Shown one piece after another: positions 29,665 through 38,993 of a stretch of 64,000 bases of DNA. The notes under the pieces were generated by a model. That model was not told the origin of the DNA, did no database searches, and saw only the letters and a list, made by a program, of their open reading frames with translations. The number at the start of each line of letters is the position of its first letter. Positions within the stretch are counted from its first letter, which is position 1. Origin of the DNA: a virus; the IMG/VR virus record IMGVR_UViG_3300042332_000818, positions 32,001 to 96,000 of that record. One strand, given 5' to 3'. The translations under genes were made by a program, and so were the position numbers.

Positions 29665-32600
29665 ATGGCAACGTCTTGTTTTAATGTTAATGATCCTGGA
29701 TATCAGGCTTTGTTAAGTGCTTATAACGGTAATAATATTCTAGTAGATAGTCTTATTACTTCTTACCAAAAGGCTGGTAATGGAGATGCTATACCTTCTC
29801 CTGAGCAGGTTTCAGAGATGCTGAAAAACATGTATGTTGAAAAAGCAATAGACCCTGTAAAGGTTTCTTACTATCAAACAGTTGCGGATCAGTCTACAAG
29901 CCAGGCTCAACGAGATGCTGTTATTAGTGTTCTTGAGTTTACTGAAAAAACTGACTTTGATCCTACGTCTCACACTTATGTAGATAGACAAACCGGTCAG
30001 ATTTTAAAGTCTACTACAACAGCTATCAAGGGCTCTTCTAAAATAGATAACTATTTACTTAATAGAGAAATAGGTAATCTTGCTGATAGAATGCTGGAGG
30101 GTATTATTACAGGTAAAAGATTAACCGATGTTTCTTTGGATTACTTTGATGAGCAGGGTAATAAAAAGACACTAGAGGTTTCTACTGAAACTCTAAATGA
30201 TATCTGGAGTGAGATGGAAGCTGTTGTAAGAACTCATCTTGAGATGGGCTCAGTGCTTATTCCTCAAGTGGTTGTTCAAAACTTAGAAGCTGGTATTGCC
30301 GGTTCTATAGACGTGCTTGTTGTAAAAAGAAATGGAAGCATGCAGGTTCTTGATCTTAAAACATCAAAGACTTCTGTAAAAGAGAAAAAAAATAACGGTA
30401 AGATTTCTTACTACCACACTGCATACGACCTTGAGAACGATTCAATTCTTGTAGAAAAAGGTCTGGCTTCAAAGCTTACAAAACATCAGCAGCATATTCT
30501 TCAGGTGAATATTTATACTAGAATGTTGGAGGCTGCTGGTTTTAAAGTTACAGAAGCATATACTCACAGATACAAAGTTGATATTAATGAGACTGAGACA
30601 GGTATCAATGGTATTGTAGATGAAGGTCGTTCAGAGAACATGTATTATGAAGAGTCTATGCTTGCTGACGCAATCATTGCAGAAAAAACTCATTACAGTG
30701 GTAATCCGGTAGGTCAAGCATTGTTTGAAGAAGCTGACACTGAGAAATCACTACCTCAGAAAAGAGCTCAACTCTTAATAGAGAACTCAATTATTAAGCC
30801 TTTGACTATGAGATTAAAGAATCTTTCCGATATCTATCGTGAAAGAGTGAATCTCAGAGATGATAACAATAGATTGTTTGTACCAAAGGCTGAAGATACC
30901 ATTAATAAGCTGCAAGATCTTTTGTTTGTAATAGAGAAAGAGGGTAAGTCTGGTAGAGCAATACTTGCTTACTCTAGATTTCTTCGTTATGCTACGGAGG
31001 ACATGCAAAAAATCATTGACTTTCTTTCAAATAAAGAAAACGTTGAGTCTGAGAGAGCTGCCGGTATCATTACTAATGCTTCAAATTTTCTAGAAACATA
31101 TAGTGATATTCAAAGAGCTTCAGGTGAACTACGACCAGAACTTCCATTAGAGCAACAAAAGCTCTATGATAAAATGGTATTAGCTTTAAACGAGGCATTA
31201 GCTGTTGTGCATGCTGCTAAAGAACAGCATGTAAAATATATAATTAAAACCGGTACTTCTCAAAAACTTACAGATGAGGAGATTGATCAAGCTTTAAAAG
31301 AAGCTGAGACTATTTCAGGAGTTGATGCTGCGATTGGTGATCTTGATACCAGTACAGATGTACTTCTTAGAATTATTGCTAAGAGATTTAAAAGACAGTT
31401 GTTGACTGCTCAAGATAATTCTCGTGCTTTCAATAAGAGAGCTGATGAAGCTGCTGCAGATTTGATTAGACTTTCTCCAGGAAGAGTTGTAGACTATGGT
31501 TTCATGTATGAGGTTGATGCTAAAGGAGACCTTGTAGTTGTTGATCCTTATTCTACTGCATATTATGAAATGGAGGATGATCTTAGAAAAGATCTTTATG
31601 ATTCTGACGGTAAATGGATAAACTACTACGAGATTAAAGATCCCCTTTCTGCTGATCCTAAGCACATTCAACATAACAAAGAACTCTTTGAAAAAAGAGA
31701 AGCTTATAATAGATTTAGAAGAGCTGAGATTATTGAGAATGGTACGTTTAAAGATGGTGAATATCATAAGTACAATGATGAATTTAAAGCGGCAAGATCT
31801 AGATTTGAATACTTTAATGGAAGATCTTGGGTAAAGAGACCACAGGTGAGTGATAGTCAATACCGAGTATTTAGAAACAAATACTACGAGGTTCATCATG
31901 ATGTAACTCTTCCTGTTAGAAGTGGTAAAGGTTATACCGGTGTAGCTACAACTAGAACTATTGAAGTTCCTAAACGTAAGTATGCTGAACCAAGATTAGA
32001 TGCAAGAGATCCTTCCGGTAAAAGCTTTACAAACGCTAAGTATAGTATTCTGTTAAATCCTAGAACAGATCTTGAAAGAGCACAAAGTAAGTTTTATAAC
32101 TTCTATGTAAATGAAATGCAGAAGGGAGTAATGGCAAAACTTCCGGATGATGTACAAGAACGTTATAAGCATAGAGTACCTTCTTATAATGATTACAGTG
32201 AGCAGTTTGCACATATCCCTACTGTACCTCTTAGGGCTATAGTAAGAATGCTTTATAGTCTAAAGGATTTCTTTTTTGATTGGAATCTTCCTATATCTGC
32301 TGTAAGAAGAACTAAAATTGATGAAAAGGGTAGACCTGTTTCAACTTTGCCTTTGTTTATGACTGGAACATTTGATGATAATGTTCAAGAAAAAATAAAT
32401 AAAATCAATAACGAACTTTCAACTTTAAAAGAAGATCTTCTTTCTAAAAAGATTTCTTTTACTGAATATGAAAAACTCCTTAAAGATCTCAAAGAAGAAA
32501 GAGCACGATTAAATAGAAGACCTCAAAAGAATATTGTAAGTAGAGATGTTCTTAAGTCTATGAAGATATTTCACAATCAGGTTTCTATATATGAGCAAAA

Positions 32601-34152
32601 GATGGCTGCTGAAGACACCTTCCTTATGCTTAAAGAAGCTGCTACTAACAGAACTTACTACACAAGAAAGAAGTTTAACTCACTCACAGGTAAGCCTGCT
32701 TTTGAGAATGTAACTTCTACAGAAAGTTCTGCGACGGTTAAAAGGCTTGAGAAGTGGTTTAAGCAAATCTATTATGAAGAGAACTACTTTGAAGACTTGA
32801 GCGGAATGTCAAAAATTGGAAGTCTTGCTTTAAAGAAAATAGTAAGTGCTTCTTCATTAGTATATGTTGGTTACAACGTTTGGGGTAACGCTGCTAACTT
32901 GGCGTTTGGTGGTGTTGCAAACCACATTGAAGGTTTTGCCGGTGTCCATTTTAGTGCTAAAGGTTTAGCTCATGCAAGAAAGTTACTCTATACAGATTAC
33001 TTTCCTAATAAGATTCAGAAAACAATGTCTGGATTTAATGCTAATCTTGAGCTTGTTGATGATCAACCGGGATCAAAGACAGAAGCTCTTATAAGATATT
33101 TTAATATGCCTAGACACCTCATTAGTGAAGATGAGCGTGGTAATGCTAATCAAATACCTGGTAGCTACTGGTTTCAAGACGGAGGTGAATTTTTAATTCA
33201 ATCAAGTACTGGTTTAGCAATGCTTGCTAAAATTAAATTGGTCAACGAGGAGAATGGTTCTCAGACTTCTGCTCTTGATGCCTATGATTGGGATCCTGAT
33301 GCAAGGACTTTAAAGCTTAAGGATGGTGATTGGTACATAATTAATGATTACGGTGGCGGTGCTGGTGAAAAAGTTAAGTATGATGATGACCAAAAGAGAA
33401 TGGTTCAGAATTATATATACGAAGTAAACAAACAGATTCACGGTAACTACGCTGCAGAAGACAGAGTAGCAATACAAGATAATGCTATTGGTGCTGCAGC
33501 AATGCAGTTCCACAAATGGGTTTACCCTTCATTTAAAACTCACTTTAAAGGAAGATACTTTGATGAGAACCTTGGCTGGTATGAAGGAAGATATTTTAGC
33601 TTAATTAAGTTTATTGCTGCTCTTACAACGTTTGGAAATCCATCAGTGGCTTGGGCTTCTTTAGAAAAAGATCAAAAGGCTAATATTGGAAAAGTCGGTG
33701 CGCAATTAATGTTCTTTGCTTCTACTTTTATGATTGGTAATCTTATAGCGTCTTTAAAAGATTTGGGAGATGATGAGGATGATGATGAAGCTTTCTTCAC
33801 CTTTAGAAGAAGTCTTAACGGATTGTCTTTCTTGAATGACAAAGTTGGAAACGATCTAGCTTTCTTTATAAACCCTGCAGACTTCTTGACATTAAGTGAA
33901 AATCCAATTGCTTCTTTCAAGTATGCAAATCAATTTGTAGAAGCTTTTTGGAGAACTATGCAATTCTCTTACTACGGTATTGTTCAGAGCAATCAAGAAC
34001 TGCTTGAAAATAAAGAGGTGTATTATCAAAGAGGTACTAGAGCGGGACAACTCAAACTTGCAAAAGAATGGGGAGATGTTATCCCGGCTCTATACACCAT
34101 CAACCGCTGGAAAGGTTTTGATACAGTAGATTCCGATTACACCGGAAACTAA
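29665..34152 (+). CDS. Large ejection-type protein with N-terminal PD-(D/E)XK nuclease-like domain
   Basis: 1495 aa with 'IAGSIDVLVV...VLDLKTSK...QVNIY'. The helical C-terminus has 'IHGNY...MQFHKW' and hydrophobic segments. Confidence 0.7.
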   Translation: MATSCFNVNDPGYQALLSAYNGNNILVDSLITSYQKAGNGDAIPSPEQVSEMLKNMYVEKAIDPVKVSYYQTVADQSTSQAQRDAVISVLEFTEKTDFDPTSHTYVDRQTGQILKSTTTAIKGSSKIDNYLLNREIGNLADRMLEGIITGKRLTDVSLDYFDEQGNKKTLEVSTETLNDIWSEMEAVVRTHLEMGSVLIPQVVVQNLEAGIAGSIDVLVVKRNGSMQVLDLKTSKTSVKEKKNNGKISYYHTAYDLENDSILVEKGLASKLTKHQQHILQVNIYTRMLEAAGFKVTEAYTHRYKVDINETETGINGIVDEGRSENMYYEESMLADAIIAEKTHYSGNPVGQALFEEADTEKSLPQKRAQLLIENSIIKPLTMRLKNLSDIYRERVNLRDDNNRLFVPKAEDTINKLQDLLFVIEKEGKSGRAILAYSRFLRYATEDMQKIIDFLSNKENVESERAAGIITNASNFLETYSDIQRASGELRPELPLEQQKLYDKMVLALNEALAVVHAAKEQHVKYIIKTGTSQKLTDEEIDQALKEAETISGVDAAIGDLDTSTDVLLRIIAKRFKRQLLTAQDNSRAFNKRADEAAADLIRLSPGRVVDYGFMYEVDAKGDLVVVDPYSTAYYEMEDDLRKDLYDSDGKWINYYEIKDPLSADPKHIQHNKELFEKREAYNRFRRAEIIENGTFKDGEYHKYNDEFKAARSRFEYFNGRSWVKRPQVSDSQYRVFRNKYYEVHHDVTLPVRSGKGYTGVATTRTIEVPKRKYAEPRLDARDPSGKSFTNAKYSILLNPRTDLERAQSKFYNFYVNEMQKGVMAKLPDDVQERYKHRVPSYNDYSEQFAHIPTVPLRAIVRMLYSLKDFFFDWNLPISAVRRTKIDEKGRPVSTLPLFMTGTFDDNVQEKINKINNELSTLKEDLLSKKISFTEYEKLLKDLKEERARLNRRPQKNIVSRDVLKSMKIFHNQVSIYEQKMAAEDTFLMLKEAATNRTYYTRKKFNSLTGKPAFENVTSTESSATVKRLEKWFKQIYYEENYFEDLSGMSKIGSLALKKIVSASSLVYVGYNVWGNAANLAFGGVANHIEGFAGVHFSAKGLAHARKLLYTDYFPNKIQKTMSGFNANLELVDDQPGSKTEALIRYFNMPRHLISEDERGNANQIPGSYWFQDGGEFLIQSSTGLAMLAKIKLVNEENGSQTSALDAYDWDPDARTLKLKDGDWYIINDYGGGAGEKVKYDDDQKRMVQNYIYEVNKQIHGNYAAEDRVAIQDNAIGAAAMQFHKWVYPSFKTHFKGRYFDENLGWYEGRYFSLIKFIAALTTFGNPSVAWASLEKDQKANIGKVGAQLMFFASTFMIGNLIASLKDLGDDEDDDEAFFTFRRSLNGLSFLNDKVGNDLAFFINPADFLTLSENPIASFKYANQFVEAFWRTMQFSYYGIVQSNQELLENKEVYYQRGTRAGQLKLAKEWGDVIPALYTINRWKGFDTVDSDYTGN

Positions 34153-34337
34153 AGTATAACTGTAAGCTTTGCGATTAGTATCCCTATTTCAAGGGAGTAA
34201 CCGTTAGCTTCAATTATTTCTGAGGTTTCATCTTTCTGGTATCCGTAAATAACCTTTGAAAGGTTTACACCTAATAAGGTGTTATTATTACTTAGAAACT
34301 CTAAGTGGAACCAGTGATTATAACTGAATTTAAACAT
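34149..34337 (-). CDS. Small hypothetical protein
   Basis: 62-aa ATG ORF preceded by a promoter-like 12-mer that recurs at 63468. Confidence 0.55.
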   Translation of the reverse strand: MFKFSYNHWFHLEFLSNNNTLLGVNLSKVIYGYQKDETSEIIEANGYSLEIGILIAKLTVIL

Positions 34338-34358
34338 CTTTTATTATTTAAAGGGGGT

Positions 34359-34370
34359 TAAAGTTAGACA
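34359..34370 (-). promoter_or_regulatory. Putative - strand promoter element TGTCTAACTTTA
   Basis: An identical 12-mer occurs at 63468-63479. Both copies lie about 21 nt upstream of a - strand ATG and resemble the Bacteroidota -7 element TAnnTTTG. Confidence 0.5.
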
Positions 34371-34380
34371 ATTAGACTGA

Positions 34381-34401
34381 ATTTCGTATCTTATATATGA
34401 G
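34381..34401 (+). promoter_or_regulatory. Putative phage late promoter (ATTTCGTATCTTATATATGAG)
   Basis: The motif recurs in intergenic gaps before + strand operons at 507, 9139, 13355, 40528 and 57130. Confidence 0.55.
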
Positions 34402-34444
34402 ACAAAACCAACAACTTTTATGAAACCTATAATGCTATCCGCAC

Positions 34445-36373
34445 ATGAAAAAGTTTTGGTGGAGTCTCTCGACTTCTCTTATATCTTTAAGCGTTCTTGC
34501 TCAAAACGGTGCTAATGAAATACTTGTAGCACCCGCAAGTAACGACCCTTATATCCTTGTAGATACACTATTTACACTGGATAACTATCCGGCAACGTAC
34601 ACAGATGTATACGTTCACTTTGCTAACCCTACCGCTACTCCGGTAAAGGCTGTACAATTCCGACTCTTCTATGACAACGCTAAGTTTTCAAACGCTGTCA
34701 TGTTTTGGGGACCGACCGCACAACCTATTACGGATAAGTACGGTTCTTATTTTACAAATGCTGGCTACATTAACGTAGTAGCATCATATACTGGTTCTAC
34801 ACCGAACTTTGACTGGGCAGACGGGGCTATGTTTAAGCTTCGTCTTTTTCATTCTAGTGCATACAATGGTATAGCCACTTCTATGGCAATTTCAGGATCT
34901 AGTAATTATCCTGCTCTTGCAACCATTGGTAATGGTACTGACGTAAACCTTGAGCTCTATAGTTACGGTGGTGCTTTCCAGATGACCCCAATGACGTTTC
35001 CTGTAAAGGTTAGAAACGCTGATGGTTCACCCGCTCAAGGTGTTTGGTTCTCTGCTAAGAAGAGACTTAAGTCTACACCTCTTGCTACTTGGCAACCAAT
35101 TGATACTGATTCAACTAATATGGCTGGTCTAGTAGAGTTCACTCACCCGCTTGATACAAACTACTGGCACATGAAGATCTCTGCACAAACAGATTCTATG
35201 TCTGATGGTGGAGCTTTGACTATTGTAGATGCGTACAAGTTGGCTAACCACGTATCTTCTCAAGATACTCTAAGTGGTATTGAATACTACGAAGGTGATA
35301 TTAACGAAAGCCAGTCTGTAACTGTATCAGATGCATTTGCTGTATTCAATAGACTAGCTCTTAACCAATCAAACTGGGATCAATTATTTACGGGAGTAAA
35401 TAACGTATCAGTTCTTTGGCCTTCTCAGTGGGCAACTGCAAATGCTGCTACAACTGCACCTAACTGGACAAACGTACCTAGACTATATGTAATTGATTCT
35501 ATTGTAAATAGTCTTGATTCTCTAGAACCTTACATCTATGTAGTAGGTGATGCTACAACTTCAGGATACAATAATCCTGCAACTATTCTTGCTAAGATGG
35601 CAAACCCTGGATCTGGTACAGATTACATTCTTGATCCGGCAGTATACTTCTCTAATAAGCCAGACTCAATTGAATTTAGAATTCCTAAGCTTATTGTAAC
35701 AACTGATAACTACATTGATGTACCTGTGACAGTGTACACGTTTGGTAATAAGGTTGGAGCTCTGCAGATGGGAATCCAGTATGATACTGCGGTATTTGAG
35801 TTTGTGTCTCTGAATATGGGAGATTCTGCTTCAAAGTGGACATCATTTATGACGTTTAAAGATGGTGGTGTATTCTGGGCTGGTCACGAAGATAAGATGA
35901 ACCCTGCTCTTCTTCAAGGACCGTCTCAAGTATTTACTTTCAGATTTGCAGTTAAGTCTATTCTTGGATGGAGAACTTCTCCTCTTGCAATCTTTAACAA
36001 AGCTGCAGGTGATGAGAATGCTTATGATATGTCTATTCGTCCTTCACCAAATGATGGCTCTGTAATCAACGGTAAAGCTGATATGGATGAGGAGACTAGA
36101 GCTCTGCTCACTGGATTTATTACTTACCCTAACCCTGTAACTGATCTTACTAATCACTGGTTGATTGCAGACTTTTACATTGAAGACTTTACAAACTTTA
36201 GCGGTCTGGTTCTTAACTCTCAAGGCCAGATTGTTAAGTCAGTTTCTAGTAAAATCACTGAAAGAGGTTTCCAAACTCAAGGTATTTGGTTTGGTGATCT
36301 TCCTAACGGTATTTACATCGTGAAGCTGACAACTAACGATAGAGAGAAATTTTACAAAATCATTAAATATTAA
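34445..36373 (+). CDS. Secreted cohesin-dockerin-cohesin protein with T9SS-type C-terminal domain
   Basis: Signal peptide SVLA|Q. Cohesin-like 'VKAVQFRLFYD' and 'IDVPV...VGALQMGIQYD'. Dockerin-like 'LTIVDAYKLANHV...GDINESQSVTVSDAFAV'. CTD-like 'YPNPV...LPNGIYIVKL...KIIKY'. Confidence 0.8.
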   Translation: MKKFWWSLSTSLISLSVLAQNGANEILVAPASNDPYILVDTLFTLDNYPATYTDVYVHFANPTATPVKAVQFRLFYDNAKFSNAVMFWGPTAQPITDKYGSYFTNAGYINVVASYTGSTPNFDWADGAMFKLRLFHSSAYNGIATSMAISGSSNYPALATIGNGTDVNLELYSYGGAFQMTPMTFPVKVRNADGSPAQGVWFSAKKRLKSTPLATWQPIDTDSTNMAGLVEFTHPLDTNYWHMKISAQTDSMSDGGALTIVDAYKLANHVSSQDTLSGIEYYEGDINESQSVTVSDAFAVFNRLALNQSNWDQLFTGVNNVSVLWPSQWATANAATTAPNWTNVPRLYVIDSIVNSLDSLEPYIYVVGDATTSGYNNPATILAKMANPGSGTDYILDPAVYFSNKPDSIEFRIPKLIVTTDNYIDVPVTVYTFGNKVGALQMGIQYDTAVFEFVSLNMGDSASKWTSFMTFKDGGVFWAGHEDKMNPALLQGPSQVFTFRFAVKSILGWRTSPLAIFNKAAGDENAYDMSIRPSPNDGSVINGKADMDEETRALLTGFITYPNPVTDLTNHWLIADFYIEDFTNFSGLVLNSQGQIVKSVSSKITERGFQTQGIWFGDLPNGIYIVKLTTNDREKFYKIIKY

Positions 36374-36378
36374 AAACC

Positions 36379-36783
36379 ATGAGCGAAGAAACTCAAGAAG
36401 GAGGACTGTCAGGACTTAAGAAAACTATCTTAGGTGTTGCAGGAACAGCAGTAACCGGATTTGGAATCTGGGCTACTACTAATATCAATAAGATCTTTGG
36501 TGTTGAAGAAGAGTCTGAAGTAAAGACTGAGCAAGTTGCTGAAGCTCCTGCCTCTGCAGGACAAGCAGCCGCACCAATTGTTCTAAACATTGATAACTCT
36601 GCTACTAATAATGCTTCTGCTGGAGGTGGTGGTACAAACACTATCATTAAGGAAACCGTACGTGAAGTACCAGTTGCACAACCGGCTGCAGCTGCTCCTG
36701 TAGAAGAGAAGAAAGAAACTACTGCAGAGCGTATTGCAAGACTTAAGAAAGAAAAAGCTGATAAAGATGGAGCACAGAACTAG
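36379..36783 (+). CDS. Single-pass membrane protein with low-complexity tail
   Basis: Hydrophobic 'TILGVAGTAVTGFGIWAT', Ala/Pro/Glu-rich linkers and a charged C-terminus. Confidence 0.7.
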   Translation: MSEETQEGGLSGLKKTILGVAGTAVTGFGIWATTNINKIFGVEEESEVKTEQVAEAPASAGQAAAPIVLNIDNSATNNASAGGGGTNTIIKETVREVPVAQPAAAAPVEEKKETTAERIARLKKEKADKDGAQN

Positions 36784-37513
36784 AAAAGAAGAACTAATGG
36801 CAATGGTTGCCAGTGTTCTCGGTATTGCAATGATTATTGCTTTTCTGATTACTGTCGGAGGAGTAGCAACATCTTGTTCTTCATCAATTTCTACTACACA
36901 ATACCAAGCTGAATTTGAAAAAGCTCAACCTCTAAATACATTTCCTGTATTCACTGGTGAGAAAAAAGTAATTCAGATTGCCAATCTTAACGTTAATAAG
37001 GAACTGTGGGAGATGTTTCCAGAACTTAGAGACAAGAGAGTTGGTATGGGTGTTTCTAACCGTATTGTAGAAAACTTTGAGGTGACTCAGAGATTCTTGT
37101 ATGCGGAAGAAAAGGAAGCCATTGTTAATCAAATGCTTGATGTATGGGAGAAAGATCTCAATGACATGGGTGACGGTAGAACCAAGCTCAACGTGGGCTC
37201 GGTAGTTCTGCCTAAGTACATTGTCTATGCAGAGATCTATGAATTCTCTACGTCTTATGGGGAAACTTACGATAAAGGAAAACTTCAGAAGACTAATACT
37301 ACTATCATCGGTATTCAAATTAAGATGGTTAATGTAGATAACTCTCAATATATTGTTGCATCTGGTCAAGGAACTTCTACTCAGGTTGGTGAGGGCTTCT
37401 TTAAGAATCCCACTATGGGCTTTGATCAGTCAACGGTGGGTGTAGCTACACAACGTGCGTTAGAGGTTGCCACGGTAAACCTTATGAAGCGCATGGACCA
37501 ATATGGATGGTAA
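36767..37513 (+). CDS. CsgG-like (curli transport pore family) lipoprotein
   Basis: Likely ATG at 36767. A hydrophobic signal ends in lipobox-like VATS|C. 'GMGVSNRIVENFEVTQRF', 'YIVYAEIYEFS' and 'IGIQIKMVNVDNSQYIVASGQG' match the CsgG/TolB-N fold pattern. Confidence 0.75.
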   Translation: MEHRTRKEELMAMVASVLGIAMIIAFLITVGGVATSCSSSISTTQYQAEFEKAQPLNTFPVFTGEKKVIQIANLNVNKELWEMFPELRDKRVGMGVSNRIVENFEVTQRFLYAEEKEAIVNQMLDVWEKDLNDMGDGRTKLNVGSVVLPKYIVYAEIYEFSTSYGETYDKGKLQKTNTTIIGIQIKMVNVDNSQYIVASGQGTSTQVGEGFFKNPTMGFDQSTVGVATQRALEVATVNLMKRMDQYGW

Positions 37514-38993
37514 ATTCAAAATATTATTATTATTTCTGCTGGGATGTATAGGGTTGCAAGCACAAACGTTTACTTACAACTACACGGATCCTTGTACGGG
37601 AATGCTACAGACGGTCACCCTGTCTCAGACATCTGGGACAGTGGTGATGTTTTATGCTGGGCAGTACCAAACTTTTACAGCAGCTCAACTTCAGTCAGGA
37701 GCTTATGAAAACTGGATTGCTCAAATTAATACTCAGTTTCCTCCAGGTAGCAACCCTTGTGCAGGTAACGGTTCTTCTAACGCTAATAATAGTAACGCAA
37801 ACATCGGTACAAACACAGCAAATAGTGTTAGTGGCATTGTCTCTATTAGCACTTCCATTGCGGGAAGCCTCGGTGGAGGTAGCGTAAGTTCAGGTTCAAT
37901 ATCAACAGGTAATACAAATGGATCATCGTCATCTTCTGGTAGCAGTTCTAATGATAACACTAACAATAACAGTGGGTCTTCTGGGTCTTCAGGTGGGTCA
38001 TCCTCTGGTTCCTCTGGTAGCTCTGGCTCTAATTCTGGTGGAACTAGTGGTGGTTCTAGTTCTGGCGGTGGTAACACCGGAGGATCAGGAAGTAGCTCGG
38101 GTGGTTCGTCTGGCTCATCAGGTGGAGGTAACTCAGGTAGACCAGACAGTGGTGGTAGTACCGGAGGAGGTACTGGAACATCAGGTAGTAATCCTGACGG
38201 AGGAGCAACGGGTGGTACGTCTGAAAGCACTGGAGGAGCTAGCTCTACTGGGGGAACTTCAGAGAATACAACAACAGCATCTGGAGGAGAATCAGAAAGC
38301 TCCGGAGACTCCGGTGGTGGAGGAGGTGGTGGTAATAAACCAAAACAAAAGCAAGAAAAAATAGGTAGAGGTTCTCTGATTGGTTCAGGGGATTTTGTTA
38401 TTATCCGTAATGGTAATGACATTAGTAAGCGTAATGATAATGTACGCTTCAATGCGTCAGTTACTCACGTTAACACCAAGCAAAACTTTATCAAGGGTGT
38501 CAATCTGAACTATACCACAGGAGAGAATGTAGCTAACCTTACTCTGTATGGGTCCTATAAGAAAAAAGATTTCATGGCGGTGGGGTCCAATTCTTTCATG
38601 ACTAATTTTAAATCTGATTGGTTTAACACGGTAACTATTCTAGGTGCACAGAAACTTTGGAAGTTTACCTTCATGGGAGGTAGCAACTTTACATTGGGTC
38701 AGATAGGTAAATCTGGTTTCCAGAACTGGTCTATGGTAGGTGGTGCGTTCACTAATTTCAAAGGAGGTAAGACTGTATCTGCTAACATAATGGCTCTAGG
38801 TGTATACTCACCTTATATCTTTTATTACGAAGGACAATGGTACAAGTCTGGCTTTCTTATTGTACCTCTAGCAAACGTTGACTTTAAACTTACCGATAAG
38901 TTTAAGTGGAGTATCTCATTCTCAGGAGCATACCAATACAACGCTGACATTCTTAACTTTCAGTTATCAACCGGTACAAAGATGTTGCTATGA
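37503..38993 (+). CDS. Secreted protein with Gly/Ser-rich stalk and probable C-terminal outer-membrane beta-barrel
   Basis: Signal GLQA|Q, a small Cys-pair domain, a long G/S/T/N-rich linker, then alternating amphipathic strands ending 'FQLSTGTKMLL'. Confidence 0.7.
   Translation: MDGKFKILLLFLLGCIGLQAQTFTYNYTDPCTGMLQTVTLSQTSGTVVMFYAGQYQTFTAAQLQSGAYENWIAQINTQFPPGSNPCAGNGSSNANNSNANIGTNTANSVSGIVSISTSIAGSLGGGSVSSGSISTGNTNGSSSSSGSSSNDNTNNNSGSSGSSGGSSSGSSGSSGSNSGGTSGGSSSGGGNTGGSGSSSGGSSGSSGGGNSGRPDSGGSTGGGTGTSGSNPDGGATGGTSESTGGASSTGGTSENTTTASGGESESSGDSGGGGGGGNKPKQKQEKIGRGSLIGSGDFVIIRNGNDISKRNDNVRFNASVTHVNTKQNFIKGVNLNYTTGENVANLTLYGSYKKKDFMAVGSNSFMTNFKSDWFNTVTILGAQKLWKFTFMGGSNFTLGQIGKSGFQNWSMVGGAFTNFKGGKTVSANIMALGVYSPYIFYYEGQWYKSGFLIVPLANVDFKLTDKFKWSISFSGAYQYNADILNFQLSTGTKMLL
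37860..38335 (+). repeat. Low-complexity Gly/Ser-coding region
   Basis: Runs of GGT/TCT/AGT/TCA codons encoding SSGSSGGSS-type repeats. Confidence 0.85.

Noticed and set aside
1311-33920. Many short antisense or alternative-frame ORFs within the structural genes, e.g. 31315-31899
   Set aside because: They are fully nested in long genes, have unnatural Ile/Ser/Phe-rich composition and show no motifs.
37733-38452. 239-aa Pro-rich - strand ORF and 148-aa alternative + frame
   Set aside because: These are shadows of the Gly/Ser low-complexity codons of the 37503 gene.
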